Part shown: piece by piece, positions 38,343 to 49,196 of the stretch
How positions within the stretch are numbered: position 1 is the stretch's first letter
Layout of the letters: every line of letters starts with the position of its first letter
Assembly: GCA_965217775.1 (NCBI GenBank)
Contig: CBDCJH010000002.1
Span: forward strand, 1,760,001 to 1,824,000
DNA: 64,000 nt
Direction: 5' to 3'
DNA from: Acidobacteriota bacterium
Lineage (GTDB): Bacteria > Acidobacteriota > UBA6911 > RPQK01 > JAJDTT01
Position numbers and translations under genes: made by a program
The notes under the pieces: model-generated
The model's input: the letters and a program-made list of their open reading frames with translations, nothing else
Databases searched by the model: none
What the model was told of the DNA's origin: nothing

Positions 38343-39898
38343 GGGTGCCGCTCACTCCCTTGCGGTTTCTGTACCGGGCCAGGGACCAATTCGGGGCCAA
38401 GGTCGGCATCGTCGACGGCGGGCGAAGCTGGACCTACCGAGATTTTTCCCGGCGCTGTCATCGATTCGCCGCCATCCTCTCGCCCTGGCGGCTTCCCGCC
38501 GGCTCCCGGGTGGCTCTACTCTCCTACAACCAGCACCCGCTGCTGGAGGCCTATTACGGAGTCCCCCTGGCCGGCTGTATCCTCCTTCCTCTGAATACCC
38601 GGCTCCGGGCCGGCGACTTCCGCCACATCCTGAACCACGCGGAAGCTCGGGTCCTCATATTCCATCCGGACTTTCTCCCCATCGTCGAGGAGATTCGTCA
38701 AGATCTCCACAGCGTCCGGCGCTTCCTGGTTCTGGAGCCCGGTCCCTCCCGCGACTGGATCGAACCGGTCTCCTACGCGGACCTGATGGAGACCGGCGAG
38801 AGCGCGCCGGACCGGGATATCGCCGAGGTCGACGAGGAGGACGTCGCCGAGTTGTTCTATACCTCCGGCACCACGGCTCTTCCCAAGGGCGTCATGCTCA
38901 CCCATCGCAACCTCTACCTTCACGCCCTGGAGGTGTCCCTGGCGCTGGGGATCCGGGAAGAGGACACCCAACTGCACACCATCCCCCTGTTCCACGTCAA
39001 CGGTTGGGGAACGCCCCAGTTCCTGACCTGTCTGGGAGGGCGCCACGTCCTCATGAAACGCTTCCATCCCGGAGACGCGTTTCGGCTGATCCAGGAACAC
39101 GGCGTCACCTTCTTTTTTCTGGTTCCGACCATGGCCAATGCGCTCCTGAACCATTCCGAACGGAATCGATTCGACACCTCCTCGGTCCGGTTGATCAATC
39201 TGGGCGGTGCCGCCGCCAATCCCGGACTCGTGGAGCAATTGGAGAAAGCCTTCGATTGCCGGTGTGTCGCCGGCTACGGTCTCACGGAATGTTCGCCCGT
39301 GGTGACGCTTTCGTTTCCAAAGAGCCATCTTGCGGCCCGGGGCGAGCGCCGCCTGGCCCTCCAGTCCATGACCGGCTATCCCATCCCCGGCGTGGAGCTG
39401 GCGTTGCTGGACCAGCAGGGTCGTTCCCTTCCCTGGAACGGCAGCGATCTGGGGGAGATCGCAATCCGGGGAGATGGTGTCATGAAGGGCTATTGGGGAC
39501 AGACGGAGAAGGAGGCGACGGCCGGGAACTGGTTGCGGACCGGCGATCTGGCCACCATCGACCCGGACGGCTACGTTCAGATCGTCGATCGCAAGAAGGA
39601 CATCATCGTCAGCGGCGGCGAGAATATCTCCAGTCTGGAGGTGGAGAGGACGCTTCTTACCCATCCCGGCGTCCTGGAGTGCGCCGTGATTCCGGTTCCC
39701 GACGCACACTGGGGAGAGATCCCCAAGGCGGTGGTCGTGCCCAGAACTCCGGGCCGCGTCACCGGGAAGGAACTCGTCTCCTACTGCCGGCGCCGCCTCG
39801 CCTCATTCAAGGTGCCCCGGATCGTCGAACTCGTGTCCGACCTGCCCAAGGGCGGAACCGGCAAGATTCTGAAGCGGGAGCTCAGGAAGCGGGGCTGA
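38339..39898 (+). CDS. Acyl-CoA synthetase (long-chain-fatty-acid--CoA ligase-like)
   Basis: YTSGTTALPKG, GYGLTE, RTGD, DRKKDIIVSGGENI, LPKGGTGK. Confidence 0.92.
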   Translation: MRVPLTPLRFLYRARDQFGAKVGIVDGGRSWTYRDFSRRCHRFAAILSPWRLPAGSRVALLSYNQHPLLEAYYGVPLAGCILLPLNTRLRAGDFRHILNHAEARVLIFHPDFLPIVEEIRQDLHSVRRFLVLEPGPSRDWIEPVSYADLMETGESAPDRDIAEVDEEDVAELFYTSGTTALPKGVMLTHRNLYLHALEVSLALGIREEDTQLHTIPLFHVNGWGTPQFLTCLGGRHVLMKRFHPGDAFRLIQEHGVTFFFLVPTMANALLNHSERNRFDTSSVRLINLGGAAANPGLVEQLEKAFDCRCVAGYGLTECSPVVTLSFPKSHLAARGERRLALQSMTGYPIPGVELALLDQQGRSLPWNGSDLGEIAIRGDGVMKGYWGQTEKEATAGNWLRTGDLATIDPDGYVQIVDRKKDIIVSGGENISSLEVERTLLTHPGVLECAVIPVPDAHWGEIPKAVVVPRTPGRVTGKELVSYCRRRLASFKVPRIVELVSDLPKGGTGKILKRELRKRG

Positions 39899-39942
39899 AA
39901 CCGCCTGTCCCAAACTGCGAGACGTTCGGTCGGACGCACCTC

Positions 39943-40866
39943 TCAGCCCGAATGGGCCAGATTCTCCAGATACTTCTCGGCGTCGATGGCCGCCCGGCAA
40001 CCCGCCCCGGCGGCGGTGACGGCCTGCCGGTAGACATGGTCGTGAATGTCCCCGGCGGCAAAGACTCCCTCGACGCTGGTCCGGGAGCCGCCGTCGACGG
40101 AGATGTAGCCGCCGTGGGTCTTCACCTTGTCTCGAAAGGCCTGGGAGTTGGGCGTGTGACCGATGGCGACGAACACTCCTTCCATGGGGATCTGACTTTC
40201 CTCGCCGGTCTTCACGTTTCGGACCCGGATCGACTCCACCCGTTTCTTTCCCGGGTCCAGGATATCGGTCACGACCGTGTCCCAGAGGAATTTGATCTTG
40301 GGATGGTTCAGGGCGCGGGCCGCCATGATCTTGGACGCTCTCAGCTCGTCCCGCCGGTGGATGATGGTGACGCTGTCGGCAAATTTGGTGAGGAAGAGAG
40401 ATTCCTCCATGGCGCTGTCGCCCCCGCCGACCACGGCGACGCGCTGACCCCTGAAGAAGAAGCCGTCACAGGTCGCGCAGGTGGATACGCCGTAGCCGAT
40501 GAGCCGTTTTTCCGACTCCAGTCCCAGGAGCCGGGCCGACGCGCCCGAGGCGACGATCAAGGAGAGGGTCCGATAGGTGGCCTCTTCGGTTCGAACCGTG
40601 AAGGGATGGTTCAAATCCGTCTCGACCACCGTCTCCATCCGGTATTCGGCCCCGAAGCGCTGGGCCTGCTCCTTCATTCTCCGGACCAGGTCCGGACCAT
40701 CGATCCCATCGGGAAAGCCAGGGTAGTTCTCGACCAGAGTGGTCAGCGAGAGCTGCCCTCCCGGTTCGTGCCCTTCCAGCACCAGCGGAGACAAGTTGGC
40801 TCTGGCAGCATAGATGGCGGCCGTCGAACCGGCGCAGCCCGAACCCAGAATGATCACCTTGTACAC
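39943..40866 (-). CDS. trxB: Thioredoxin reductase
   Basis: GSGCAG, VENYPGF, CATCDG, GGGDSA, YRQAVTAAGAG. Confidence 0.95.
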   Translation of the reverse strand: MYKVIILGSGCAGSTAAIYAARANLSPLVLEGHEPGGQLSLTTLVENYPGFPDGIDGPDLVRRMKEQAQRFGAEYRMETVVETDLNHPFTVRTEEATYRTLSLIVASGASARLLGLESEKRLIGYGVSTCATCDGFFFRGQRVAVVGGGDSAMEESLFLTKFADSVTIIHRRDELRASKIMAARALNHPKIKFLWDTVVTDILDPGKKRVESIRVRNVKTGEESQIPMEGVFVAIGHTPNSQAFRDKVKTHGGYISVDGGSRTSVEGVFAAGDIHDHVYRQAVTAAGAGCRAAIDAEKYLENLAHSG

Positions 40867-41078
40867 GGAATCGCCCCTCCCTCGCTCATCCGGCGAATTT
40901 GCTCATGTTCAGTTCCATACTCCCGCAGCCGTTTCCCGAATCGGGACACCCGCCTCGGAGCGGGGTACGATAAAGTAACGGATGGCGCCACGGCTTGGCA
41001 ACGGAGGGCCGGCGGCCGGCGGTTGTTCCGGCTGGCCCGACCGAGTTGGGCCAGGGACATTCAGGTAAGGCTGAAGCG

Positions 41079-42164
41079 ATGCTCGATCAGGATTGGATGG
41101 CTCCCCTGGACACGCTGATACAGAGCTTGACCGAACTGTCGGTCGAGCGAATCTCGTGGGCGCTGCTGATCGCGTTGATCGGACTCCTGTCGGGCCGTCT
41201 CGTCGACAAGGTGATCACCAAGCTACTCTACCGGTTGGCTCGGCGCACCGAGACCGAACTGGACGATCTCATCATCGAGCATCTCCACCGCCCCGTCATG
41301 CGGAGCACGGTTCTCCTCGGTTTCTACATTGCCCTTAAAGTGTCCGGCCTGCACGACCAGGTGGTGAATCTCCTGGCTCACTTGATCCAGACTATTGCCG
41401 TCCTGATCTGGCTGTTTGCGGCGATGCCCCTCGCCGGACTCGTCTTCCGATGGATGAGCCAACATCAAACCCGGTTTCGGGCGATCCAACCGGCGAGCCT
41501 TCCCCTGTTTTCCATCGGAAGCCAGGTCGCCCTCGTCAGCGCTGCGGTTTATGTGGGCATGCTGGCCTGGGAGATCGACATCGCGGCCTGGGTGGCTTCG
41601 GCTGGCATCCTGGGCCTCGCCGTCGGTTTTGCCGCGCGCGACACCCTGGCCAACCTCTTCGCGGGCGTTTCCATTCTTGCCGACGCCCCCTACAAGATCG
41701 GCGACTACATCGTGCTCATCGACGGGAACAAACGGGGCATGGTGACGCAGATCGGACTTCGCAGCACCCGCATCCTGACGCGTGACGACATCGAGATCAC
41801 GATTCCCAACGCCGCCATCGCCAATTCGACTCTCGTCAACGAGAGCGGTGGGCCCTCGATTCGCCAGCGAGTTCGCCTGCGGGTCTCCGTGGCCTATGGA
41901 TCGGACGTGGACCAGGTGCGCGACCTGCTCCTGGCCGTGGCTCAGGACGAACCCATGGTCCGCCCCGAACCCACGCCCAGCGTGCGGTTCCGCCAATTCG
42001 GCGACTCGGGATTGAACTTCGAGCTACTCTGCTGGATTGCGGAAGCGGAATTGAGGGGCAGGGCCGTCGACGCCCTCCACACCCGAGCCTACAAAGCCCT
42101 GGGCGACGCCGGCATCGAGATTCCGTTTCCCCAACGGGACGTTCATATCAGGCCGCCGGCGTGA
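41079..42164 (+). CDS. Small-conductance mechanosensitive channel (MscS family)
   Basis: GLAVGFAARDTLANLFAG, YKIGDYI, IGLRSTR, VAYGSD, IEIPFPQRDV. Confidence 0.9.
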   Translation: MLDQDWMAPLDTLIQSLTELSVERISWALLIALIGLLSGRLVDKVITKLLYRLARRTETELDDLIIEHLHRPVMRSTVLLGFYIALKVSGLHDQVVNLLAHLIQTIAVLIWLFAAMPLAGLVFRWMSQHQTRFRAIQPASLPLFSIGSQVALVSAAVYVGMLAWEIDIAAWVASAGILGLAVGFAARDTLANLFAGVSILADAPYKIGDYIVLIDGNKRGMVTQIGLRSTRILTRDDIEITIPNAAIANSTLVNESGGPSIRQRVRLRVSVAYGSDVDQVRDLLLAVAQDEPMVRPEPTPSVRFRQFGDSGLNFELLCWIAEAELRGRAVDALHTRAYKALGDAGIEIPFPQRDVHIRPPA

Positions 42165-42220
42165 AAGCCTCCGGGACCTCGGCATCGCCGTCAGCGGCCT
42201 GCTCTGGTTCGGACCGAAGC

Positions 42221-42245
42221 GGGCGCCCACAAGGGGCGCCCCGAC
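42221..42245. repeat. REP-like hairpin GGGCGCCCACAAGGGGCGCCCCGAC
   Basis: Palindrome with terminal CGAC (GTCG on the other strand) between convergent genes; related copy at 49267-49290. Confidence 0.55.
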
Positions 42246-42261
42246 TGTCGAGTCCTGCGGG

Positions 42262-43305
42262 TCAGATCGAATCGATCTCGGACAGCTTGACCGGCCGGCC
42301 TTCCCGGGCCGACAGATCCGCCGCGAACACCACCTTGTGACTCTCCCACGCCTCCTGGACCCCCGTCAGTGGCATGGCCCGGCCCTCCCCCACGCTGTCC
42401 GCGAAGGCTTGGAACTGGGGCTCGTAAGGATGGTGGCTCACATCTCCGGAATCGATCAGCTGAGTCTCCAGCGTACTCCAAGCCTCCTTGCTCAACCCCT
42501 TTAATTTGGCGCTGTAGATCCGGTTGTCCAGAAGGCTTCCTTCACTCCCCACCAGGTGGATATGGAAGTAGTAGGGCTGGAGACAATCCACTACCGAGGC
42601 GACCTTGCCCAAGCGGCCGTCCTCGAATCTGAGTAGGGTGACACTGGTGGTGTCATACTCGTAGGGAGCGAAAATGGAGTTGGAGGAACGAGTCCCGTGG
42701 GACACGACCTCCTCGACCCGGCCTCCCATGAACATCAGCAGCCCGTCCAAGGCGTGGCAGCCGGCCGTGAGCAGGCTGCTACCCGCGTAACTCTTCTTGA
42801 CGTTCCACTCGAATTGGCCGTACCAGGGTCCGATCCCGTGGTAATAGTCCACTTCCCCGTAGTGGACCCGGCCCAGGAGACCTTCCGAAAGACAGGACTG
42901 AATCATGGTGAAATGCTCGCTGAAACGGCATTCGAAGCAGACGCAGACCCCGACACCGGCGTCTTCGATGGCCCGCTTCATGGCTGCAAGATCCGCGACC
43001 GTCAGGCAGAGGGGTTTCTCGATGATGAGGTGTTTGCCGGCCTCGGCCGCCGCGATGGACTGCTCGGCGTGCAGATGGTGCGGGGTGCAGATGTCCACGA
43101 TGTCGATGTCAGGGTCGGCCAGCATTTCCTCGTAGCTGCCGTAGACCTTCAGCGGGACCCCGTACGTGGCCTCCAGTTCCGACTCATCCAGCCGGCGTCT
43201 GGAAGAGACGCCGCTGACACGGGCGCCCGAGACGGTCTTGAAGGTTTCGATGTGGGCTCCCGCGACCCATCCCAGTCCCACGATTCCGACGTTCAATTCG
43301 CTCAT
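42262..43305 (-). CDS. Gfo/Idh/MocA family oxidoreductase
   Basis: [26 protein letters not shown]. Confidence 0.9.
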   Translation of the reverse strand: MSELNVGIVGLGWVAGAHIETFKTVSGARVSGVSSRRRLDESELEATYGVPLKVYGSYEEMLADPDIDIVDICTPHHLHAEQSIAAAEAGKHLIIEKPLCLTVADLAAMKRAIEDAGVGVCVCFECRFSEHFTMIQSCLSEGLLGRVHYGEVDYYHGIGPWYGQFEWNVKKSYAGSSLLTAGCHALDGLLMFMGGRVEEVVSHGTRSSNSIFAPYEYDTTSVTLLRFEDGRLGKVASVVDCLQPYYFHIHLVGSEGSLLDNRIYSAKLKGLSKEAWSTLETQLIDSGDVSHHPYEPQFQAFADSVGEGRAMPLTGVQEAWESHKVVFAADLSAREGRPVKLSEIDSI

Positions 43306-43473
43306 TTTCACTCCCTCCTGGTCTGATGGGATCGAATCCCCTCCGGTGACGCCTGCTCCTTTGAAGTCCCGCGCCTCAGGGTGCAAGAGATTGGACGATA
43401 TCTGCTATATTTGGACCTTAAACCGGAAAATACAACCGGATAGCGTTGCAAAAGACTCCCCGATAGCGGAACT

Positions 43474-44256
43474 GTGGAGACGCGGAAGCCTACCCTTCAG
43501 ATGACGACACCGGGAATCGTCAACCGGAACCCGCCACGCTCCGCCAGCCGGTCAGCCGGGATCGGACTCCTCCCGATCTTGGGAATCCTCGCCGGGTTGA
43601 CCGCCCTGACACTCGCCGGCCTCTACGTCAAAGACCGCTTCGAGACACTGGAGGAGCGGATCTCCGTGAATCGGGAGTACCTCCACGCCGAGCGGGAGGA
43701 ATTGAAACGCCTCAGCTCACGGTTGCTGGGCCTCAGCGGCGACTCCCAGCGATTGGAGGGGGAGTTGGAAAAGGAGGACCAGAAGCTTCGGAACACCGTC
43801 AGGTCCAGTTTTCAGCAGGCTCGGAAGAGAATCGAGGAAAGCCGCGGGGATATCGAGAAGCTGAGTGCCGCCTTGGAGGCTCTGGCCGACACGGTGGAAC
43901 AACTGAATCAAAGCTATCAGGACGCCGTGGCGCAGTCCCAGACTCGGCACACGGAAACCGAGAAGAATACGGAGTCCAACCGAGCAGCGGTCAGGACCGT
44001 CAGGACCAATGTGGAGCGGATCCAGGGCCGGTTGGGAACCCACCTCGAACGGCTGAACCGGCTGGGCAAGACGCTGGAGGGTCTGACCGCTCAGTTGCAG
44101 TCCGTGGAGGAGTCCAACAAGAGCACTCTGGTGTCGTTGGATTCCAATCTTCAGGCCCTGTCGGAACGGGTCAGTCTGGCCCTCAATGACTTCCGGGCCC
44201 GCCTGGACGACCTTTCCGCCAAATTGGACCGGTTGGGCGGCCAGGAGGTCTTTTAG
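43474..44256 (+). CDS. Membrane-anchored coiled-coil hypothetical protein
   Basis: One TM segment then heptad-rich helical sequence; start may be 43501. Confidence 0.6.
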   Translation: METRKPTLQMTTPGIVNRNPPRSASRSAGIGLLPILGILAGLTALTLAGLYVKDRFETLEERISVNREYLHAEREELKRLSSRLLGLSGDSQRLEGELEKEDQKLRNTVRSSFQQARKRIEESRGDIEKLSAALEALADTVEQLNQSYQDAVAQSQTRHTETEKNTESNRAAVRTVRTNVERIQGRLGTHLERLNRLGKTLEGLTAQLQSVEESNKSTLVSLDSNLQALSERVSLALNDFRARLDDLSAKLDRLGGQEVF

Positions 44257-44283
44257 CAGTTCGCCCGCCGATTTCGCCGCCCC

Positions 44284-45426
44284 TTAATCAATCGTCACCC
44301 ACTCCAGGTTCTGGGCGGAACGGAGAACCGCTTCCTGGGTTTTCTGGGTGGCCAGCGCCTCCCGGAAGCTGGGGTGGGTCCCCTCGCCCGATTCCAACCC
44401 CTTCAAGAAATCGGCCAGGGCGTTGATGAAGGTGTGCTCGTAGCCGATCACGCAGCCCGGAACCCACCAGTTCTTCATGTAGGGGTGCTCGAAAGCGGTC
44501 ACCAGGATGGTGCGCCAACCCTGGAGGTGGGACGGGTCGTCATGATTGAAGTACTGGAGCTGGTGCATGTTCTCCAGGTCGAAGTAGAGCGATCCCTTCT
44601 CCCCGTTGATCTCGAACGAGTTCTTGTTCTTGCGCCCGCGAGCGTAACGGGTGGCTTCGAAGGTTCCGTTGGACCCGTTGGAAAAGCGGGCCATGAAGGT
44701 GCAGACGTCGTCGATCTCCACGGCCTTCCGCTCCGTCGGGCTTCCCTGCACCGGGCGCTCCTTGACGAAGATCTCCGTCATCCCCGACACCGATGCGACA
44801 GGGCCGTTGAGCCAGATCGCGGTGTCGATGCTGTGGCTCGCCAGATCACCCGAGACGCCGGCCCCGGCCACCTCCTTCTCGAGCCGCCAAAGCGTGGGAC
44901 CACCCAGCGGGACGTCCGCCGAAATGGTCCAGTCCTGCAGGTAGGTGGACCGGTAGTGGAAAATCCGTCCCAGGCGGCCCTCATCGATCATCTGGCGGGC
45001 CAACGCGATGGCCGGAACCCTGCGATAGTTGAACCAGACCATGTTGGCGACCCCCGCCGCCTCCACGGCCTCCACCATCTCCACGGCCTCATCCACATCG
45101 ATGGCCAGCGGTTTCTCGCACAGCACCATCTTTCCCCGGCTCGCGGCGGCCAGAGCGATCTCATGATGGGTGTTGTTGGGACTGCAGATGTCGATGACGT
45201 CGATGTCGTCCCGCTCCACCAGCCGCCGCCAGTCCGTCTCCGTCGATTCCCAGCCCCAATTGCGGGCGAACGGCTCCAACTTGTCCGAGTTCCGGGCCGC
45301 CACCGCCTTGAGAACCGGGGTCTGGTCCAGATCGAAGAACTGGCTGACCTTCCGGTAAGCGTTGGAGTGGGCTCGACCCATGAAGCCGTAGCCGATCATT
45401 CCTACGTTCAGAGTCTTTTTTGCCAT
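44284..45426 (-). CDS. Gfo/Idh/MocA family oxidoreductase
   Basis: GMIGYGFMGRAHS, LCEKPLA, WFNYRRVPA, YLQDW. Confidence 0.92.
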   Translation of the reverse strand: MAKKTLNVGMIGYGFMGRAHSNAYRKVSQFFDLDQTPVLKAVAARNSDKLEPFARNWGWESTETDWRRLVERDDIDVIDICSPNNTHHEIALAAASRGKMVLCEKPLAIDVDEAVEMVEAVEAAGVANMVWFNYRRVPAIALARQMIDEGRLGRIFHYRSTYLQDWTISADVPLGGPTLWRLEKEVAGAGVSGDLASHSIDTAIWLNGPVASVSGMTEIFVKERPVQGSPTERKAVEIDDVCTFMARFSNGSNGTFEATRYARGRKNKNSFEINGEKGSLYFDLENMHQLQYFNHDDPSHLQGWRTILVTAFEHPYMKNWWVPGCVIGYEHTFINALADFLKGLESGEGTHPSFREALATQKTQEAVLRSAQNLEWVTID

Positions 45427-45613
45427 GAAATGTCTCCGGATCTGCCGAGGCCGGCTCGCTCATCCCACCGACTTGACGAGCCGATGTCCTCAATCTCTCA
45501 TGTAGAAAGAGTACGCCCGCACCGATCCGGGCCGCAAGCCCGTGGCAGGTGGCGACACGGCCACGACGGGTGGGATAATCGGGACCGTCACCAGCATGGG
45601 AGGTATCGCAAAC

Positions 45614-46453
45614 ATGCGTGTGGGAATGAATCTGCTCCTTTGGACCACCGAAGTCGGACCGTCCCATCGAAAACTGCTGACGCAGATTCGCGACTGGGGG
45701 TTCGACGGCGTCGAGATCCCCATTTTTTCGCCCCATCCACAGCGCGCACGGGAACTCGGCCTGCTCTTGGACGATCTGGGATTGGAGCGCACCGCCGTCA
45801 CCGTCGTCCCGCCGGACGCCAATCCCATTCACCCGGATCCGTCCGTCCGGACCAAGGCCCTGGAGTACTTGAAGTCGGTGGTGGAGGCCTGTCACCTCGC
45901 CGGCATTCATCTGCTCGCGGGCCCGATGCACTCCCCCGTCGGTCTCCTGGCGGGCCGGAGCCGCACTCCGGAGGAATGGGGATGGGCTCTGGAGATCCTG
46001 CAACAAACGGCGGATCTGGCCCGGTCCGCCCGCATCACGCTGGCGCTGGAATTCCTGAACCGGTTCGAATCCTATTTCCTGAACTGCGCCAAGGACACCG
46101 TCGAGTTCACGGCTCAGGCCGATCGGCCCAACCTGGGAATTCTCTACGACACCTACCACGCTCATCTGGAGGAAAAAAACGTCCGCGCGGCGATTCGCAC
46201 CTGTGCGGGCGCCCTTCGCCACGTCCACATCAGCGAAAACGACCGGGCGACCCCCGGCGAGGGCCAGGTCCGCTGGCAGGAGACCTTCGACACCCTCAAG
46301 GACGTCGAGTATGCGGACTGGCTGGTCATCGAGGCCTTCGGTCAGGCGATGCCGGAACTGGCCGCCGCCACCTGCATCTGGCGCCGCATGTTCCCGTCAG
46401 AGGAGCACCTGGCGCGCCACGGACTGGAATGGATCCGCTCCAATTGGGACTGA
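45614..46453 (+). CDS. Sugar phosphate isomerase/epimerase (D-psicose/D-tagatose 3-epimerase-like)
   Basis: GFDGVEIP, EFLNRFE, YDTYH, HVHISENDR, IEAF. Confidence 0.88.
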   Translation: MRVGMNLLLWTTEVGPSHRKLLTQIRDWGFDGVEIPIFSPHPQRARELGLLLDDLGLERTAVTVVPPDANPIHPDPSVRTKALEYLKSVVEACHLAGIHLLAGPMHSPVGLLAGRSRTPEEWGWALEILQQTADLARSARITLALEFLNRFESYFLNCAKDTVEFTAQADRPNLGILYDTYHAHLEEKNVRAAIRTCAGALRHVHISENDRATPGEGQVRWQETFDTLKDVEYADWLVIEAFGQAMPELAAATCIWRRMFPSEEHLARHGLEWIRSNWD

Positions 46454-46508
46454 TTTCCGTCTTGGGAGGGGCGACCATGGGGGACTTCCAATCTTCCGGA
46501 ACCGGAGC

Positions 46509-46615
46509 GGAAAAAGGGGACAGTCTCGTTTCCAGCAGCAGCGTTCGCCGGTTGCCCAACGCCCCCCGAAGGGGACAGTCGAAGTGAAAAAGGGGACAGT
46601 CTTTTTTCCGGGACG
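46509..46615 (+). repeat. Three GGGACAGTC hairpin-motif copies (cores at 46517, 46572, 46593)
   Basis: GGAAAAAGGGGACAGTCTCGTTTCC; GAAGGGGACAGTC; GAAAAAGGGGACAGTCTTTTTTCCGGGACG. Confidence 0.85.
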
Positions 46616-46648
46616 CTTCCGCTTGACCCATTCAGGAGGACAGAGACC

Positions 46649-47809
46649 ATGAAAATCACCGACGTCAAGGCTTACGTGGTCAAGCCCAGGTATCCGGACA
46701 AAGCCGGAACCTTCGAGGGGGACTGGACCTTCGTCCGCATCGACACCAACGAAGGCATCCATGGCTGGGGCGAGGCCAGCAACTCTCCTGGCGGCGGCTG
46801 CTTCCTGAGCGCCCGGACCATCGAGCTGCTGCGCCAAAGCCTCGTGGGGCAGGACCCTTTTGAGAGCGAGAGGTTGTGGCAGCAGAACTACCGGCGCTTC
46901 ACCTACCTGGGGGCGCAGGGCCTGCCGACCGTGGCCCTGAGCGGTGTGGACATCGCCCTGTGGGATATCAAGGGGAAGGCCCTGGGCCGCCCGGTCTACG
47001 ACCTGCTGGGCGGCAAGCTGCGCGACAGCATCCGGCTCTACGCCAACGGCTGGTTCTTCGGCTGCCACACCCCCGGGCAGTATGGCGCGGCCGCCAAAGC
47101 CACCGTCGAGGCCGGCCATCAAGCCCTCAAGCTGGATCCCTTCCTGGAGATGCTGCCCTTCCACACCGGCTATCTCTCCGGCCAGATTTCAGCCGAAGGG
47201 GAGGACCTGGGCTGCGCCATCGTGCAGGCGGTTCGGGAAGCCGTGGGAGACAAAGTGGAAATACTGATCGACGCCCACGGCCACTACAACGTGCCGACGG
47301 CCATCCGCCTGGCCAACCGCCTCTACGAGGAGTCGCAGATCGCCTGGTTCGAGGAGCCGGTGCCTCCCGAAAGCATCGATGCCCTGCGGGCAGTCCGAGA
47401 GCAGGTCGCGCCTTCCATTTGCGTGGGCGAACGCCTCTTCACCCGTTTCGACTTCCTGCCCATCCTGCAGCAGGGGCTGGCCGACTATCTGATGCCCGAC
47501 GTGCTCTGGACGGGAGGCATCACCGAGCTGCGCAAGATCTCCAGCCTGGCCGAAGCCTACTACGTCCCCATGAGCCCCCACAACGCCATGGGGCCGCTGC
47601 AGATCGTGGCCGGCTCCCACGTGATGATGAACACGCCCAACTTCTACCGGCTGGAACACAGCACCTCCTTCATCGAAGCCTACAACCGCCTGACGACCGA
47701 GCCCATGAACTTCCACGGCGGGGAGTTCAGCCTGAGCGGAAAACCCGGCCTGGGCGTGGATTTCGACATGGACGCCCTCCACTCCCATCTGCACCCGGAT
47801 TCGGCTTAA
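46649..47809 (+). CDS. Mandelate racemase/enolase-superfamily dehydratase (galactonate dehydratase-like)
   Basis: GWGEA, SGVDIALWDIKGK, LLGG, KLDP, IDAHG, WFEEP, GER, PHN. Confidence 0.9.
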   Translation: MKITDVKAYVVKPRYPDKAGTFEGDWTFVRIDTNEGIHGWGEASNSPGGGCFLSARTIELLRQSLVGQDPFESERLWQQNYRRFTYLGAQGLPTVALSGVDIALWDIKGKALGRPVYDLLGGKLRDSIRLYANGWFFGCHTPGQYGAAAKATVEAGHQALKLDPFLEMLPFHTGYLSGQISAEGEDLGCAIVQAVREAVGDKVEILIDAHGHYNVPTAIRLANRLYEESQIAWFEEPVPPESIDALRAVREQVAPSICVGERLFTRFDFLPILQQGLADYLMPDVLWTGGITELRKISSLAEAYYVPMSPHNAMGPLQIVAGSHVMMNTPNFYRLEHSTSFIEAYNRLTTEPMNFHGGEFSLSGKPGLGVDFDMDALHSHLHPDSA

Positions 47810-47839
47810 CCCGCATTTCTCAGCGGGGGGCGTGATGAT

Positions 47840-47891
47840 GACGGGGGAAAAAAGGGACGGGAAAAAGGGGACAGTCTATTTTTCCGGGACG
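47840..47891 (+). repeat. GGGACAGTC motif copy (core 47868) with an upstream stutter
   Basis: GACGGGGGAAAAAAGG-GACGGGAAAAAGGGGACAGTCTATTTTTCCGGGACG. Confidence 0.85.
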
Positions 47892-48105
47892 GAAGACACA
47901 GGGCAGACCACAAAGGTGTCGGCTCCTTCGCCTGCAAAGACAACTGAGGTGGTCACTTGGTCAAGTTTCCTCGGATGCTTCCGGAAACGCGAGATTTGCT
48001 GATTTTCTTGAGTTTCCTTCGCCTTTCTTAGTTCTGAATCGTTGTGGTCATCAGAGGTGCGAACCTATCCGCGCCGCGCCGAGTCCGAGTCGTTAACCGA
48101 GGACC

Positions 48106-49047
48106 GTGGCCATGGCCCGAACCGCACGACACAAAAGCACAGAAGCCGCCTTCTATCACCTCACCAATCGAGTCGCCGGCAATTCCGATTGGTTCCCCTT
48201 TAAAAACCACCAAGCCGGTCGCAAACTCCTGGACATGATGTCGTTCTACGTCAATGTCTACCGGTGTCGTTTGGCCGCTTTCCAGATCATGGGCAATCAC
48301 TTCCACTTCGTCATCCATTTTGAGAAACCCCGCCCCCTGTCCCGCGACGAGTTGATGGACAGCGCCCACAAGCTTTATGGACAACAGGCAGAGAAGAAAA
48401 CCGCCGATTGGACCGTCGCCCAGTGGGAGGCTTTCAACCAGCGTCTCTTTGACGTGTCGAAACTGATGGCGAACGTGGACGGGTTCTATGCCCGGTGGTT
48501 CAACCGCAATTTCGGACGACGAGGCCATCTTTGGGGTGATCGTTTCAAGAACCCGGAACTCTTGGGAAGCGAAGCCGTCCAGGACGCCATCCTCTACGTG
48601 GAACTCAATGCCGTCCGGGCCGGACTGGTCAAAAGGCCCGAGCAATGGCAGTGGGGCTCGGCCCGCTGGAGACTCACCGGCGAGGATCAAGATCTGATTC
48701 CACTGGAGGAACTGTTCCCCTCGGATCCCGGAGCGGACGTGTACAGAAGTTACCGGGCTCGCTTGTACTATCGAGGAGCCGTCCCCACCCGGGAGAACCA
48801 GGCTGCGATCCCCCGGTGGATCCTCCTTCAGGAGCAGCGACGTGGATTTACCCGTGCCGGAGCCTTTCTCCGGCGTTTGCGATTTCTGACGGACGGGTTG
48901 GCCGTCGGTCCGGCAGAGAAGGTGGCGCAGTTGCTGGAGACGTATCGAAAGCAAGGTCGATATCGGCGTCGCCGACACCCCATCCCCCAACTGGGCGGAG
49001 TGCTGTTTTCCCTGCGGGAGCAGCGCTCCCACGCCTTCGTCTCGTAG
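48106..49047 (+). mobile_element. RAYT-type (TnpA-REP / IS200-like Y1 HUH) transposase with a C-terminal extension
   Basis: FYHLTNR, MGNHFHFV (HUH), GHLWGDRFK, YVELNAVRAGLV (catalytic Tyr), WQWGS; tail RLRFLTDGLAVG. Confidence 0.88.
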
Positions 49048-49196
49048 ACTCGCCTGATCGCCGACCGTCGATTCTGCCACTCCGGCACCGAACGACCCAG
49101 ATCACGGGAACCACCCAATAGACTGAATTGTCCTCTTAGTGTGTGGAAAGTCCTCCGGACTTCCATCCATTTGCCATGGGTTCACTGCTCTGCTTC

